Positions 12,201-27,200 of a DNA stretch of 64,000 bases are shown here, piece by piece. The stretch lies in contig NMRA01000201.1 of NCBI GenBank assembly GCA_002633005.1, positions 580,459-644,458 of the forward strand, given 5' to 3'. Under the pieces are notes generated by a model. That model was not told the DNA's origin. It did no database searches and saw nothing but the letters and a program-made list of their open reading frames with translations. Each line of letters opens with the position of its first letter. Within the stretch, counting starts at the first letter, position 1. The DNA is from Phoronis australis. Taxonomy: Eukaryota > Animalia > Phoronida. The position numbers and the translations under genes were made by a program.

Positions 12201-15200
12201 GGAGGACAAGTGAATTATGTATTAATTTGAGAGCTGGAAGAGGAAGATAAGATTTCAATTGATATGTGAGTCCACAGAGATTGTTAAGTTTGTTTGAGAT
12301 GAGGTTTATTTGGGGACCATGAGAGGTTTTTTGTCAACCGTAATACCAAGGAAAGGAACACTGTTCACATGACATATTGCTTTGCTATTTATACAAATGG
12401 TTTGAATAATACTTTCTTTTGGGGTAGCAGAAGATCATTAATTTACTTTTTGATTTGTTAATTGACAGTGTGTTCACGGAAAACCAGTTTGAAATAAACT
12501 TAAGATTGATGTTGATGATGATTGATTGCTGTAAAGTGTGTTGGAAAGATTCAGTCTGTTTGTAAGGTGTAAGTGTCGTCAGCATAAAGAAGTGTGTCCA
12601 TGGGAGAATAAAACGAGAGATCATTAGTTTCACGTAAATTAAGAAGAGAAGTGGGCCAAGGACAGAGCCTTGGGGAACTCCGGTAGATATTGGTAACCAA
12701 CTGGAAGTTGTATTTGGTGCGGTTTGAGAGATAATTTTTAGACAATGTTATTTCAACTTCAGTAATACCATAGTGATTTATCTTTCGCAAGAGTATTTGG
12801 TGGTCTATAATGTCGAAAGCTTTCGAGAGATCGAGAAAGATGACCCGGAGATTCATGTCATTATCAAGATGGCGAAAAAGGTGGGCGGATGCATCCTTCT
12901 GCTGCATCTGTGGCAGAGTGTCGCCCACATTTATAGTTCAACATATTAAATAATTTTTGTATTTATCGATATCTGTAATAGTTAAGTTTGTCATAATATA
13001 CATGACCTTTTATCTCACCTACTCGTGTTGTTTCGCGGTAAACTACATGTAGCTTCGGTATCACTTCGCAGTTAGCGTATATAAATATTATTTAAGTATT
13101 AAATTATTTTATGTAAGCTATACTGCTTCGTCCTCATTATCATATTGTTTGGATTCTCGGGTCAGTGAACCCCTTTGTTCTACGATTACTGGTTTAATTG
13201 TACCACGTGATCTCTTTGTCTTGTCGCAACACCGGGCCATCGTCCATAATCCTCTCCAATTTAGTTGAAAGTTGTGTATGGGTAATTTTTCTATAATTTT
13301 TGAGATTGTTGGGAGAATGGAAATGGGCCTATAATTGCCCGGGTGCTCTGGGTCCAACCATGTTGTTTAAAAACTGGGATTACCTTAGCAATCTTGAGAG
13401 CATCTGGAAATATACCAGTGTGCAAGCACTGGTTGATGATAGTCGTGAGAGGTTCAGTTATGAAAGGACTGCTTATTTTGATAATTTTGGATGACTAATT
13501 GTCTTAACCAGTATTATTAGTTGCATCCATGTCTCTTATAGTATCTAATACATGTTTATTATTGATTAGTTTGAAAGATAACTTAAATTTGGCGTGGGAA
13601 GTCTTTGAAATTCTTGTTTTTATCATAGTTATTGATTCAGAAAGGGATGGGTCGATCTGGGTTAAGTACATGTAGGTGTTGAATTAACTTGTCATTTCGG
13701 GTAAGTCACTGGTTTTAGTGTTATCTGAACGCAAGAGTATTTCTGGGGTATCGTTTTTTCTTCGAACGCCGTTGTTCTTAACTGTCTTTATTGTATCCCA
13801 TGTTTTATTTATGTCAGACTTTCCTTTTTCGAATCTGTCATGATAGTAAGATTGCTTGGCGGAATCAATAGATTTCTTGAGAATCTTGTTGTATGCTTTA
13901 AGATTGTTGTGGCATGTAGCGTAGGATTGTATGTTGCGAGGGGTTGTCTTGGTTTGTTTGTACAATTTATCTCGCTAACGAACAGAAATTAAAATGCCAG
14001 GTGTAACCCACGGGTAAAACGCGTGTTTGTGGTTATTTTAACAAACATTTTTGAACCAAAGTGTTTTTTTCGTGAGATATGTCAAAGCATCACTGAGTAT
14101 TGGTTAGCTGTGATATGTGAGATGTACTTCGTCAGCAGATTTTTACAACCAAGGTGATAGACAGAACCCATCGGTATCAGTAACTTTGACCTCGCTCCTT
14201 TTGTGTAGAGCAGGGCATTTAGAGCATTGGCGATGACTTCAAGCCAAAAAACACTGGCTCAAATAAATCAAACTATTGTGGATTAAAACGGGTTGGTTTT
14301 TCAAATTGTCTTCGAAATTGAATTCTTGAAAACTTTTGTTCTGGTGTTTTTCCCGAATAAATGCGATAAATATTAGACAAAATACCATGTCATTGTTTCT
14401 GTTTTGCTTACCAAGAGAAGTGCGTTCACTGTAATGCCTTATACACAATAAGTTTATGACCAGTGAGCGCCAACAAAAGGTTGCGAGAAAGCTTTAATGA
14501 TAACAAACTTGTTACCTGATCCTGGAAATTCCTTTGGTCTGGACTTGATACTGTACCAAGTCTGTTCCAAGAAAATATTCATGTTAAAAGCAATGGAAAG
14601 CACATACGGTGTAGGGACACATCCACCAATTCGAGCTGGCACTTTTGACAGAATTCCATTCAAACAATACTAGAAAGAAGGCGTTAAGTGTGTGAACCGT
14701 TTTCTTCCGTGTCACAAATACAATGCAAAGTCATGAAGTGCAACGTCGTTTTCGTAAGATGTGACAATGTCACATTTCTCGCATTTGCATTTGACGTAAA
14801 TTGTATCAATTTGTTACATTTTAAGAGAGACTTAGGAAATTAAAATTCAAAATATGCCTAAAATGTAACAGTTGTTACATTTTACGGCGTATCAGACCTT
14901 TGCTCAAACTTCCCTCACGATGGTCAACTGTCTGATGGCTAGTGAAATCAATGATTCTGGTATGTCAAATACCATACTCTGATAAAGATATAGAACAAAA
15001 GATATAAATGCTGCTCTTTGTTTGTTCTTGGACATTTTCTGGCAACTATGGTTAAATAATTCATGCTAATAGCTTCTGTTATCGAACAATTACAGAAAGC
15101 TTACATTACGTTTTTCTTCCTTGTTCCAGTGGACACCGTGTTTCCAAATTTACTCACGTGTGAGACTAGAGCCGTGAGTTCCAGCAACGAATACGCCGAC

Positions 15201-18200
15201 TCGACGATCCCAACTGGACAGGCGACTTCCTGTAGAAACCAGCAAGATTATTACAGCAATTTCTCCCCTGTTCGCGTTAACTATAAGTATACATTCCAGT
15301 TCAAAGTTACCGGCTTGCCAACCACACCAACTTGGATCACGGACCACCATTTTGGTACCACGGCAGCGTACACACAAATCATAACTTACAAACAGAATGG
15401 TAAGTGAAAAATGCTTTTTCTTGGATTTCGATAAGCATTTCATGTTATAATACGGCCTCTGATACCTCTGAGAAGCTTAAAACACAGTGCGGTAGCTTTG
15501 TTATTTCTTGTGAAAATCAATAACTGATAAGTACAGAGAAAAACTGTGTTTGAAATTTGTGCTCTGGGAAAATGGGCACTGCTATCTGGCAAGCGGCATG
15601 TGTTGATGATTGTAAATTTAGTGCTTACGCATTGGTTTACATCCATATCAAGCACATGTTTGCTTTTCAGCTAGATATAGCAAGCTTACGATGACTTCTA
15701 TTGAGAATTGCACCCCTAACAGAGCGTGCAAAAAGAATGCCCCTTCAAATGAAGAGATTTGCAATCACACGATTTTAGAAAGCTCTGGGCATGAAGTCAG
15801 ACTTAAAACTTATGAACTTAATGGACTTAATACAATAATTTGAGCTTTTAGATCGAACTGTAACTTTCGCGACGATGAAGATGATATTTCAGTTCAAAAT
15901 CGTCATTGTTCACGAGAATATATTTTTGTTTTGATGGAGTGACAAAGCATGATTTCACCGCTGGAATGTTATCGTAATAGCATATGTATGGCGTGCTGTT
16001 ATGCCAAGAATCCAAAATGTACAGTAAATTGATTCCGAAAGAATGCCCTTATTTCAGCGATTTTGTCAGAATCACTCGTTTGGTGCTCTCTTTCGGACAT
16101 CTACCAAATTAAAAAATGATCTGATTTACATTAAATTGAAAAGCTAACTAAATCAAAGCACGAACAGATGAGCTGCCACTGCTTGGAAGATGATGAATCA
16201 AATAATCTCAGAGCATTTTATTGAAATCTGTCTCGCCACTCTTAGAAAGTTACGATTTCGGGTTGTGGGGCAGACGATTAAATATGTTATACATCTGCTT
16301 ATCTTATTAGTGTTTGCAATATGGACTTGAGATTGGCAGCACGCTGTTATTGCATACTTGCATGATGCGCACTCTCATTATAGAACCTTCAGGACAGTGC
16401 TTTCAGGATTCCAACGTTCGTGTACTTCCGTATGCGGCATACGCCTCACATAAGCAGAGCACTGTTGAAACATGTGTTGCGGCCTGTCACGCGAGAGGAT
16501 TCAAGTATGCTGGTCCACAATATTACGAGCAGTGCTTTTGCGGGAACACGTTCGATAAAGCAAAACTGAGACCGCAGTCGGAATGCAACACCAAGTGTAG
16601 GGGAAGTGAAGACATGTGTGGCGGAAGTTGGAGATTAAGCATCTATTTCGCCTGTAAGTACTAGTCGGTATCACAAAAATGTCTTTGTGTATGCACGCCA
16701 CCATTGTTAAACACACCTAAAGTGCACACTGCAGTCGGACTTAAATTAGCAGTTTGAGGCTCGATGGCAAAATTGTGTCACAAGCAAGTAGCATGCTCGA
16801 AAATACTTTTATACATGTCGCCAAGTGGAATGTACGTGCATCTTAATTGTCCAGGATAACCAAACTCTTATTATCACTATAGAATATTGCCCATCCCAAA
16901 TTATGAGAGGTCGTGGGGACTTGGCTGCTTTTTGTTTTACCAAAAGCATTTCATAACTAGTGGCACAACTTAGAAAGATACATGTATTACCTCCCAAGTC
17001 TATTGCAAACATTAAAGCTGCCTGATCGTATTCTTGTCATACTTTCAGATATTACACTATTTGCACTGTCCTCCAAAAATGTGTTAGAAAATGGTTTTAA
17101 AATGTTCCACTTTTGCATGAAGGGCTGTAAAGTAGGGCTATTGCGATTGATATGAATGAAGCAAAAACTTTTAACATGCTTGAAACGGAAATCAAACGAT
17201 ATTTTAGAAAACGACTTTTGAGTCCGTAGAAGTGTAACTTGAAGGCCTTACATAATCTTAAATGTAGAAATCTGTTACGTTTTACAGAACAAGGTCCCCA
17301 ACACGAGTACTATTTACTATTTAACTTTTTAATTAGTTCTTTTACACTTAGCTGATGGGTGGTATTTTGGAATGTGTTGTTGTATACAGGCTTCCTCATC
17401 CAAAATCATAAAAAGGTAATAGGAAATGATGACGTAAAATTATTTAACCTTTGCTAACAATTGCATTGTTAGTATTTTAACTATCTGTAAACTTGTTACA
17501 CATAAGTATCAAAATACATTATCTAAAATGTCATTATACAGTGGGTCTGTGGCCCTCACAAGCATTAAAAGCTGATGACATGTAAACTTAGGGTGTGATC
17601 ACGGTGTTCTTGTGGACTAGAGCTACCAGTGACCCTGTAATTGGGACAAAGCTTGCATTCTCATTGAGTTTAAACTAAATGTAGCGGTGGTTGCATGGGC
17701 AGCGCACCCTAAGGGGCTGGGGGCTATAGCCCCCACTTCTTTCAGTGCTACATTGTACGCCGCACGTGGTCTATAGGCAGTGCACCACAGGGGGGCTGAT
17801 GGGGCTTTAGCCCCCACTTTTTTCAGTGCTGAGCCGCCCGTGGCTTGTTGGGTTATGTATCCTTATGCGTTAGACAAATAGAGTATAGAACGCCACTAGC
17901 GTCACGTACTTGTGACGAGTCCTTTCTAACACGCTCACGCTTCAGTGATGCTGTCGATGTTTTTAAAAGAACCAATCAGCGTTAAAGTGATACAATGTCT
18001 TGACCAAACCAATGAGATCGTCATGTTTTGACGTGACTGACAATTACAAAGGCTGAGCATTTAAAGACACAAAGAAAAAATGTAAAAATGGCCAGTGCTG
18101 CCTCTCATAAAAATTCTACACTATAGCCTCTCCACCGAGCAAGACTAGTACATCTTCACTGCTTAAACAAATAGAACCTACAAGGACTCAACAACCATTG

Positions 18201-21200
18201 GCACAGCACTGAGAAAATCATCCAAGGTCACAGACACCAAGTCCTCGTCACTCACAGCGTTGACCTTGTTTATTTGGATAAACAGCCTTTCGTAATATAA
18301 AATTTTTGACTGTACATGTACATGCGACTCTAACGCAGAAGCCTCCGTTGTACTTTTGCAGGGTGCTATACTCCACAGAGGTGGATTATGATTCATTCAA
18401 TTAATACGAGTGTGCATGTAAACTTGTCTTCCATTGGTCAACTGAAAAGTAGGAGGGCTGATGACCTTTTAGGCTAGTCAGATGTCGGGTCATTTGGAGG
18501 GTAAACTAACTGATGTCGAAGCACACGTCATCGTTGACCAAACCACAACGTCTTATTGGTCGCACACTGAGTAATGGGGCGGTAACTTGACACACTTGGA
18601 AAGTACCTTTCGAGTTAACTCTGACGCACTTCAATGAATCCTATCGTGTCTGAAAATATCCGTCACAAGGTGACACTAGGGGCGTTCCGTAATAGAGTGC
18701 TTAGACGTGTACTAACTTTAGTGCTAAAAAATTTGTGTGGAATTGGTTTTGGTTAGAACTGTGAACAACTTATAAAATTTCTTAACAATCACTGGAAGCT
18801 GACAGACATACAGGAAGTTGTTACTTGTATTTAACATCGGTTATGGATGGCTTCAGTAAATTGGGCGAAAGTTGCGCATTAGTCAATGATAAACCGAAAA
18901 TTAATATACATCTATGTTTTTAAAGTATGCTTCAACGATCTTAATTGTTAATATAGAGAGAGAACACCTCTTTAAAAAAACTTGAGTATAATACAAAATT
19001 TATGATAGCAATAGACTCAAGAACCAACTACCCTCTCGTTTGGCCCTCGAACTACATCGTGTAAAATACCAAATTATTTATGTTCAGTATTCCACAAGCA
19101 AGGATGTTCATGGGAGGAAAATCATCACAGAGAGTGGGCTTGAATTCAACTCTCTGTGATTACCATTCGTAATCCGCCATGAACAAAATCGGTCCTGGCT
19201 CAGCCGGCAACCATGCATTCATTGCGCCATTAACGAAATAACTCTCAGTTGAAGTTGGTTATTTCTAAAATATATTGAAACATTAACGCTAAAAAGTTAC
19301 CGATATGCTAGCTTTTATTTTCTTGCATCTTTAGTTTTGCTTTGATCACATGAATAAAACAGGTTATTCTTTCCGTGACTGACCTAGTTGAATGATTAGG
19401 ACATGTCGAACTGTTCATTATAGGGAAATTTGTGGGTTAGTTTTTTCGTTTACAGACCGTTCGTGACTGACGTTTTCATGGTTACGTGTGCATTTAGGTT
19501 GCCCGCGTTTTTTGTGGTGTGGAAGATTTATGGATTTAGTAGCAGCTTTAGCATTAACATTAACAGTAGTTGTAGTAGTAGTAATATCACATATATAGTC
19601 TAGCTGAATCATTCGAGAGCAACTGTTTCGCATTTTTTGTCGCGCTTCCACTGAAGCTGTTATAAACCTACCTTGCCTCAAAGAAAATTGAAGTTTTTAT
19701 TTCGAATGCTTACCTCTATAGACCTGTTTTGAACTTCTTCATTGCTAAGACGAGAAGTGATTCCTAAGCTTAGAAAGACGTGACAGTTCGTTGCAATTCG
19801 AGCGCAAAACCACCCTCATCACCCTGGACGTACAAAAATGTTCTAGAGTGCTACATGTAATACAACGTGTCGAGTCTGTTCCCAAGCAATAGCACACAGC
19901 CATTTTTCCAAGTCCATTACCCTCCAGTAACCCTAGTATGCGCCAAGAGATGACTTTTGTAACATCAAGGGGTCTAAACCAAAGTGTATTTACAGAAACA
20001 ACTGTTGTAACTGCTTTGACGGCTCTTGACAAAAATCAAAAATTTACAGTGTGGGATGTTTTTTCTCACATGACCTGGAACGACACGACTGGTTATTAAC
20101 ACCGAGTACGTAATTTTTTGATATTACATGGGCATATCACAAAGTAGTGCAAAGTAGACATCCATTCGCCTAACATTTTATCGTTTGCAATACACTAAAA
20201 ACAGCCAAACGCGCGCCAACCCGACAACGCCGGAATACCGAGAAGGTGACCATGTTGTGATTGATAAATGGGGTGTCACAACTCTACGTATTCCCAGTCG
20301 GAAAGACATTCAAACAACTTCTTAAACAGACCCATCTTCGGCGGCGAATTCAACATCCACGTTCATTCAAACAGAGACGCACTGCTTCTCAAGAAACGCG
20401 GCGAGACTCTCTAGCTGAGCTGTCTCAAAGTCAAGTCACTGCTCACGCACGTGGAAGCCATACTGACAGTCATTTATAATTTTTTTTAAAGTTTTAATAC
20501 TACAACTTCAAAGACTATTTATTAGATTCTGACTTGAATATTTGCTTTAAAAGTTGAATTGCTAAGTTTAAAATAAAGCTATAAACAGAAATTTACTGAA
20601 TTGCATGACTTGTACTTTACACTGCGCAAGCGTGTTTTTAGAAAAGTTGCGTCATGTGGTTGAAAGTTTTATAAACGTCGAGTTTTTCGGCAAAAAGATC
20701 GTTTTTACTGTTCAAGCCTTGGAATTTTGAAGAAATTTCCAAGATGTTTTGCAACTTTATATAAACCTGAGACTCGTACGTATTGCTCTCTATACATGTA
20801 CTGTATCTACAACGTTTTATATTTTGCCTGAATTCGTTTCAGGGTCGTACACAAGTCCGTATGGTTCGCTAAACAACTGTACTCACAGTTACGGTTCTAC
20901 TTACGGCACTATACAAGGGTCAGCAGTTACATGCACGAGTCACCGAAACTTTGAAGGAATTGCCTTGCAGAACGGATACAAGTAAGCACCCTAAATTAAA
21001 ACGATACGTTGATCCATTGACAGGACTCATGCTCCGTAACAGTATTACCTGTTTCAGTAAAATTACGCCTTGGTGCTTCCGGATTGTCACTTCCGGCATT
21101 CAAGGTGCAGCTGCTGGCCCAGCGCAAATCAGGGCCCCACCTTGTAAAACTACAATAACATACGTGTATAAGTGGATTGAGGGTACACCCCGACCGGGGA

Positions 21201-24200
21201 GATAGCTGGGACATTACGATCAAGGGTTGAAAAATTTGTGTCCTGGCTTCGATTTCTTGGAACCCCACATTTCATAGGGCTTCGATAATCTTTAATCCAG
21301 AGCCTTTTTATTGATCCACTTTAAATTTGCACTGTATACAACGCGACACACAATACCCATGTTCAGATATAAGTCATAAGTACACACTTTAACAACTAGT
21401 CAGGCAGCTGCATGAACAGACGCAACTTAGAGGCCTTTGTTAATTGTTGCCGTAGAAGGCAACGTACTATTACTATGACAACGTTCGTATGTGTACTGGC
21501 GGTGCATGCTCTATTAAAACAATTGTGGTGTTGTGTAAACTCAATGACGTTCCCATGTGCTATCCTACCTGTTGCATTATAAGGCATACATGTACCTGTA
21601 TATGCATGATAGAAATGAATCACACAAAGATGGCTGATGGTGCTATTAATTGCAGACATGAACGTCTACAGGCGGAGGAATACAAAGTTTGTTCCGGTGT
21701 TGCTTCTTGCTATGTAATAGATTAGGGTGAAATGTTTGTTTATCACAAACGAAGCAGGTTAAGAGTTGTTATCACCGAAAACTGAATAAATTTCATTATT
21801 TGTGTTCACATTGCGGTCTAACGGCTCCAAACACTGTCAAAGGGAGGACCTTCTGCTTGTGATTCGGCGATTCGGAAACATGGGTGAAAACATCAAAATA
21901 ATCTGCCTGCAGTGCTTAGTAAGGAAGTTATTAGCAAAAACAGAATATTGCATAACGGCGGCCTTAAAAGAAAAAATATCCAGCAAATCCAAGTTAAGTA
22001 AAAACAGCATTTGGGTTCCGGACTATTAGATGGCATTCCATCCCTACAATTCTATGATAAGAGGGAGGTCCTCAGATGCAAATGCCACTTCATTGATGCC
22101 CATAGAATTGTACAATACATTGCGAACCAAGCGTAATATATAGGGGGGCTCGAATTTTTCGGAAGGCGGACCTTTTACTGAAAGAAATCAACGTGGACAG
22201 AAAAAACGTGTGCCTCTGCGTCGACTTCCCGTAGATTTTGTGGACTTTGACTCGTTTACTCGGAATTTTTGTTTCACTGGGGCGGACCTTTTTGCCTAAT
22301 TTGCCAAATTGGGATCATCGTTCGAGACCTTTAAGTGTATGCAAAACTGACAAGGCGAACCTGAGATTTTATTCCTGCTTAAATGAGTTTGCATTAAAGG
22401 CGATCTCCGAACTCAAAATCACAGAACGCTTCGGATCGTAGTCTACATTATGTGTAATCAGATGTTTGATTTCGGGCCAATGTATCTAAATGAAATGTGC
22501 CCTTACCCTCATTTGAATTGTGTTTCAGATATTGCATGCGGTACGAGGCCAGAGGGGGCGGTTACTTTAGAACAAAAAATACCGTTAATAACACAATCGG
22601 TGGACCATACTTCTACTCTCAGGTCAAAAGCTCAAATATGGTTTGCATGTTATATGACAGTGAGCCTCCCACCCACTGTTCTCAAACAAACAGCTGCCCT
22701 TCATCCTCTTCTTACCGAGTAGATCCCGTGGGTATTGCTACAAGGATCACTAAGGATTCAAATGTTACGGTAAACTACGGAGGTTGGTCGGATCCTGTAG
22801 ATACGTCAGCCTTTCCGGATTCTGCATCTGGGGTTGATCACTTGGAGCTAGGTCTTTACGTTATGGTCGAAAAGTCTTCCACACTCATCGGAGTTGGATC
22901 TAAGATTGGCAGTACTAAGAAAGTATCCAATGGGGCAGCCTCGATACAGTTTACTTTACCGGGTCAAGGCTTATATGCAGTGATATTGGATGCCAAAGAC
23001 ATAGCCAACAACGTCCGAAGGGCCAGGAGATTCGTCCTCTACGACCCGACGTCTAAAGTCGTAATAAGTACTTCACACCCTTTGAGAGTGACATCTGCCG
23101 CCGCTAATACCAACTATCTTTGGCAAACTAATCATGGTAACGTAACAGTGCAATGGAGCCAACATTTCTACAACGATTTCCATGTACATAATAACATGTT
23201 GCGTCAAATTCAAGCAGACGTTTTAGTTTCTGGATATTATGACCAAACTACAGGTGTCCTACCGGTGTCTGGTACACCCAATGTGGATGGAATAACTGAA
23301 TTTAACTATGGTATTGCTTCACTCCAAAGCAATGCTGTGCCGCCATTGTCGTTGGTGACTCCGGCGCGGACAACGTCACTAACACTCAGTCCGACAATGC
23401 AAGATGGTCTGCAATACAAAATATGGATCCAGGCTACGGACATCATGGGAAACAAAAATATCGACAGCACTACACTCAGTATTGATTCGACACCTCCTAT
23501 CATATCGAAAGCCGGCGTTGTTAATAACGGCAAGAAAGAGCTGTTCGTTCACAGTGACTCGGATTTGTCGAAGATGTCTTTTGAGTTTAATGCCATGGAC
23601 AGCCACAGTGGTCTTCATGAAGTTAAGTGGAAGCTCGGAACGACAGCTTTGAGTTCGGACATTAGCCAGGGGTCAATTGCAGTCAAAACGGTAAGGTTGT
23701 TCAGCCAACTGCGTTTGATCACCCTATTGCACAAAGTTAGCTATAAACGTGTCCCACAATACACAGGCTAAAAATTAAATTGATGATTTTTTCAGTTTAC
23801 AATTATCGCGGATAAGACGTGTAGGCCATGTTTTACATTAAGGCAGATCTATCAACGAAAAATGATATTCTGAGAGCAGATGCAGCGCGTATTTCAACCA
23901 GGCACTTTTGGGGCCTTAAAAAAGCTCTGCTGGCTGAGCGAACTATATCCCACACGACGCATGATCGAGTAATTCATGCGTGGTCATTAGTTTCAGCCTA
24001 CACCAAGTTGCTGGCCACAAAAGTGTTCTTGCGGATTTACTTGCGACACTCTCAATATCAGCGGGTCTGGCTATCAAACTACGTAAGCAAGTTGGCCCTA
24101 CTCATCGTTTTCAAATAAAATGCTCAACAAAAATCGACACCTTGGATTCAGCCTCTTTGACGCTTCTTTGGACAATATGTTTCTCTGCCTCGTAAATGAC

Positions 24201-27200
24201 ATCAGATAATTGTCAACGATCCGATACCATAAAACTGGTGAGAACAAGTGTTGGGATAATATGGATGTAAGGAACATTGCGTTCTGAAAACTCATTTCCG
24301 TTTTAACTGTCGATTTCAACCCTTGTCGCCTCCAATTTTATTCCTTCCCTCTCAAAGCCTGTGACAACAATTACATTTCTTTAAGTCAACTAATGAAGTA
24401 CATTCTGTCATGTTTTCCCTGTACCAACCTGCTCCTCAAGCCAGTCATTTACCCTGTGAATCAAAATATACCAGAATTTTGTGTCTTCAGTAAATGCGAC
24501 ACGCATTATCATCGATAACGAACTTAACTAGTCGCACTGTATTTTACAGGTTGACAAGTCAACGCCAAACCACTATTGTCCAATAGCAAGCCTAACGGGT
24601 TCTTACTGCGAGAATTTTCTCTATAGTGTAGACCTCAACCACTTGGTTGCTGCTAATAAGCACACGGGAAACCACAATCGGGAATATTACTTTACGCTGA
24701 CGGCAACAAACAAAGCCATGCTTTCAAACAATCCAGTGACCGTCAAAATATTGGTTGATATCTCTGCCCCTACAACTGGTGTGGTTTTTGATGGAGATTC
24801 CTCCCAGGACGTTCAATTTCAAAGCGATCGCGTCTTAAAGGGAAAATGGCATGGCTTTGTGGATCATGAGAGTGGAGTAGAGTTTTACAAATATGCGTTT
24901 GCGGAAAAATGTCTTTCGAAAGAAGAACTAGCCAACAGTTCGACAACCACAACCGTGGCCAGTGGAAGTGGTATGGCAGATAAAGATGGCAAGTACTTTT
25001 TGAGTGTTGTGGCTTACAACGGAGCCAACGAACCTTCTGATGTAGCGTGCTCAAATGGAATTGTCGTGGACAGCACAGATCCAAAGATCACTGACCTTTA
25101 TATTCACGGTCTGTACGTTGATGGCGGCATTGTATGCGACAACGGTGTATTCTGGTATGTACTTAACAACTTCACGAGGGTGTCGCTAACAAACGAAGCT
25201 TCTTGTCAGACGAAATGCACTTCATCAAACGTTGTCGAGTTACTTATTATCCCGAAGCTTGTCGACAACAATGGTACAACAATTTCTTACAACAGTGAAC
25301 AGAGCCGGGCTGCTTGTGAGAGCAGTCCCCTGTTTGATGTGTCCCTACCCAAATTCATAACCACTGATCATTTTCGTCTTCGATGGAATTCAATTCAAAA
25401 TACCCCAATTCTTGACTACCGGGTAGGAATAGGTGCTACAGAACCATCGCAAGAATCTACACACGGAGCTCAATTTTACAATTCGCTCAAATCCGGGATT
25501 GCCCAAGGTCAAAAATTGAACGTTTTGATAACAGCCACCACTAAAGCTAGAAAAAGTTCAAGCCTGCTATTTGGACCAATATTTGTGGATGAGACTCCTC
25601 CCAAGATGTCTGGACAGCTCAACGTAAATATGGGATTGACAGGGAGTGACCCGTTGCTCATATCTTGGGGAAGCAGTACCTTCTTCGATGCAGAATATCA
25701 AAATGGAATAGCAGACTTTCAATACGCCATAGGTAAGCCTCGTCACCATAACATAAAGGTCTCGGGCTTTCCCAAAAATCTAAGTTTTTACTTTCGCCAC
25801 TTGTCACAATCATAAGATTATAGACCGTGTGGCACTAATTGTATAGCGCGTAATGGTAGCGATCAAATGTTTGTTTCTGGGATGAACCGCGGGTTTAAAA
25901 CCGATTTAAATCAACATTTCCTCTTTACCTACGGTTTCAAGTGCAAACCATCACGAAATTTTCCGGATATAGGTGTAGGTGTCCGTACCAAGCGATCGAT
26001 GGCCGACGATCTCCCGATTAATGCTGCTGTTGAAAATCCATTGATTCCACTGCAACGGGAACTTTGTAGTTAATCTGTTAAAAGTCTTTGAGCATTTTCA
26101 GTAGTACCATTGGTTCAATTAGGAAATAAATGCGCCTCATATCAACTGCCACTGATATCACGTGCAGCAATTCAATAGTCGTTAACTGTTGGGTGCTCAC
26201 TTCTCGTTCCAGGTACCGAAAATGACATTCAGTTGGTGTCTACATTTACGACCTTTCGTCCAGAGACTTCGTGTGCGCAATTCCAGTATTGTATAACTAT
26301 AGACAAAAAGCTCATAACGCAGCATGCAGCAGCAATGGGACACAACTACGTAGTTAGTCTAAAAGTCTTCAATAAAGCTGGGTTGTACAGCATTTTTAAA
26401 ACTCAGGCATTTAAGGTAGCCCCAATAATCATTCCTGGCACTGTATTTGATGTTACGTCTGGAAAGACTGATCAAGATGTTGACTTTATGCCGTACAATG
26501 ACTACTGTGTCGGCTGGACAGGATTTAAAACCCACTACGGTAGTATCCAATACTCCGTTGGATTGGGCACCTCCAAGCTCAAAACTGACGTAATAGCGTA
26601 TAGGCAAGCGCCGGCCGGAAGCCAGTATTTATGCCTAGGTACTCCTTCAGTACAGTCTGATTTTACAATGGTTTACGCAACTGTCAAAGCAATATCTACC
26701 TTAGCCGGTTCCAGCTCAGTAATTGTGTCATCCGACGGCGCCCTTGTTATCAGTAAATCTGTCCATTTGACGAATTTCGACGTTTACGACGGTTCAGGTT
26801 GCGAGTCGGCAAATGCTGCTGAAGTCTTAGCAAGTCGTTTGATACAGCTTTCTCAATCGCACGATGTTCAGTTCAGCTATTCTGAATTCCTTAGTGTGAG
26901 ATACACAGTAAAACTAACCAGCTCTCACGACCTTTCTACGGCGAAGATGACCCAATCAGGCGGGCAACCTGTTAACACTCAGTACACGCCTACCGGCGGT
27001 TCCTACATGGCGCTGTTTACATTTGAGTGGACTGGTAAATCTTATGCCTTCACGATCACCAACACTGGCTCCCTGATTTATAATATAACATCTGTGTCTC
27101 TGTTGCCGTGTGCCATAGACGACGACTTCCAAGCCAGGACGACGTCGTTAGCTGGTCATTGGCAGATGCCATCTGCCGTTCACCAGAAGGTTTCTCATTA

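Larger units (their letters stand above)
9828..14894. mobile_element. Long-TIR DNA element, copy 1 (TGATACGCCG-type termini, AAATGTAAC subterminal repeats), disrupted by a LINE
   Basis: Left ttatacatcgtaaaatgtgacaa versus right ttgttacattttacggcgtatca; segments 9830-10960 and about 14100-14894 are collinear with 61364-62460 and about 63200-64000. Confidence 0.8.
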
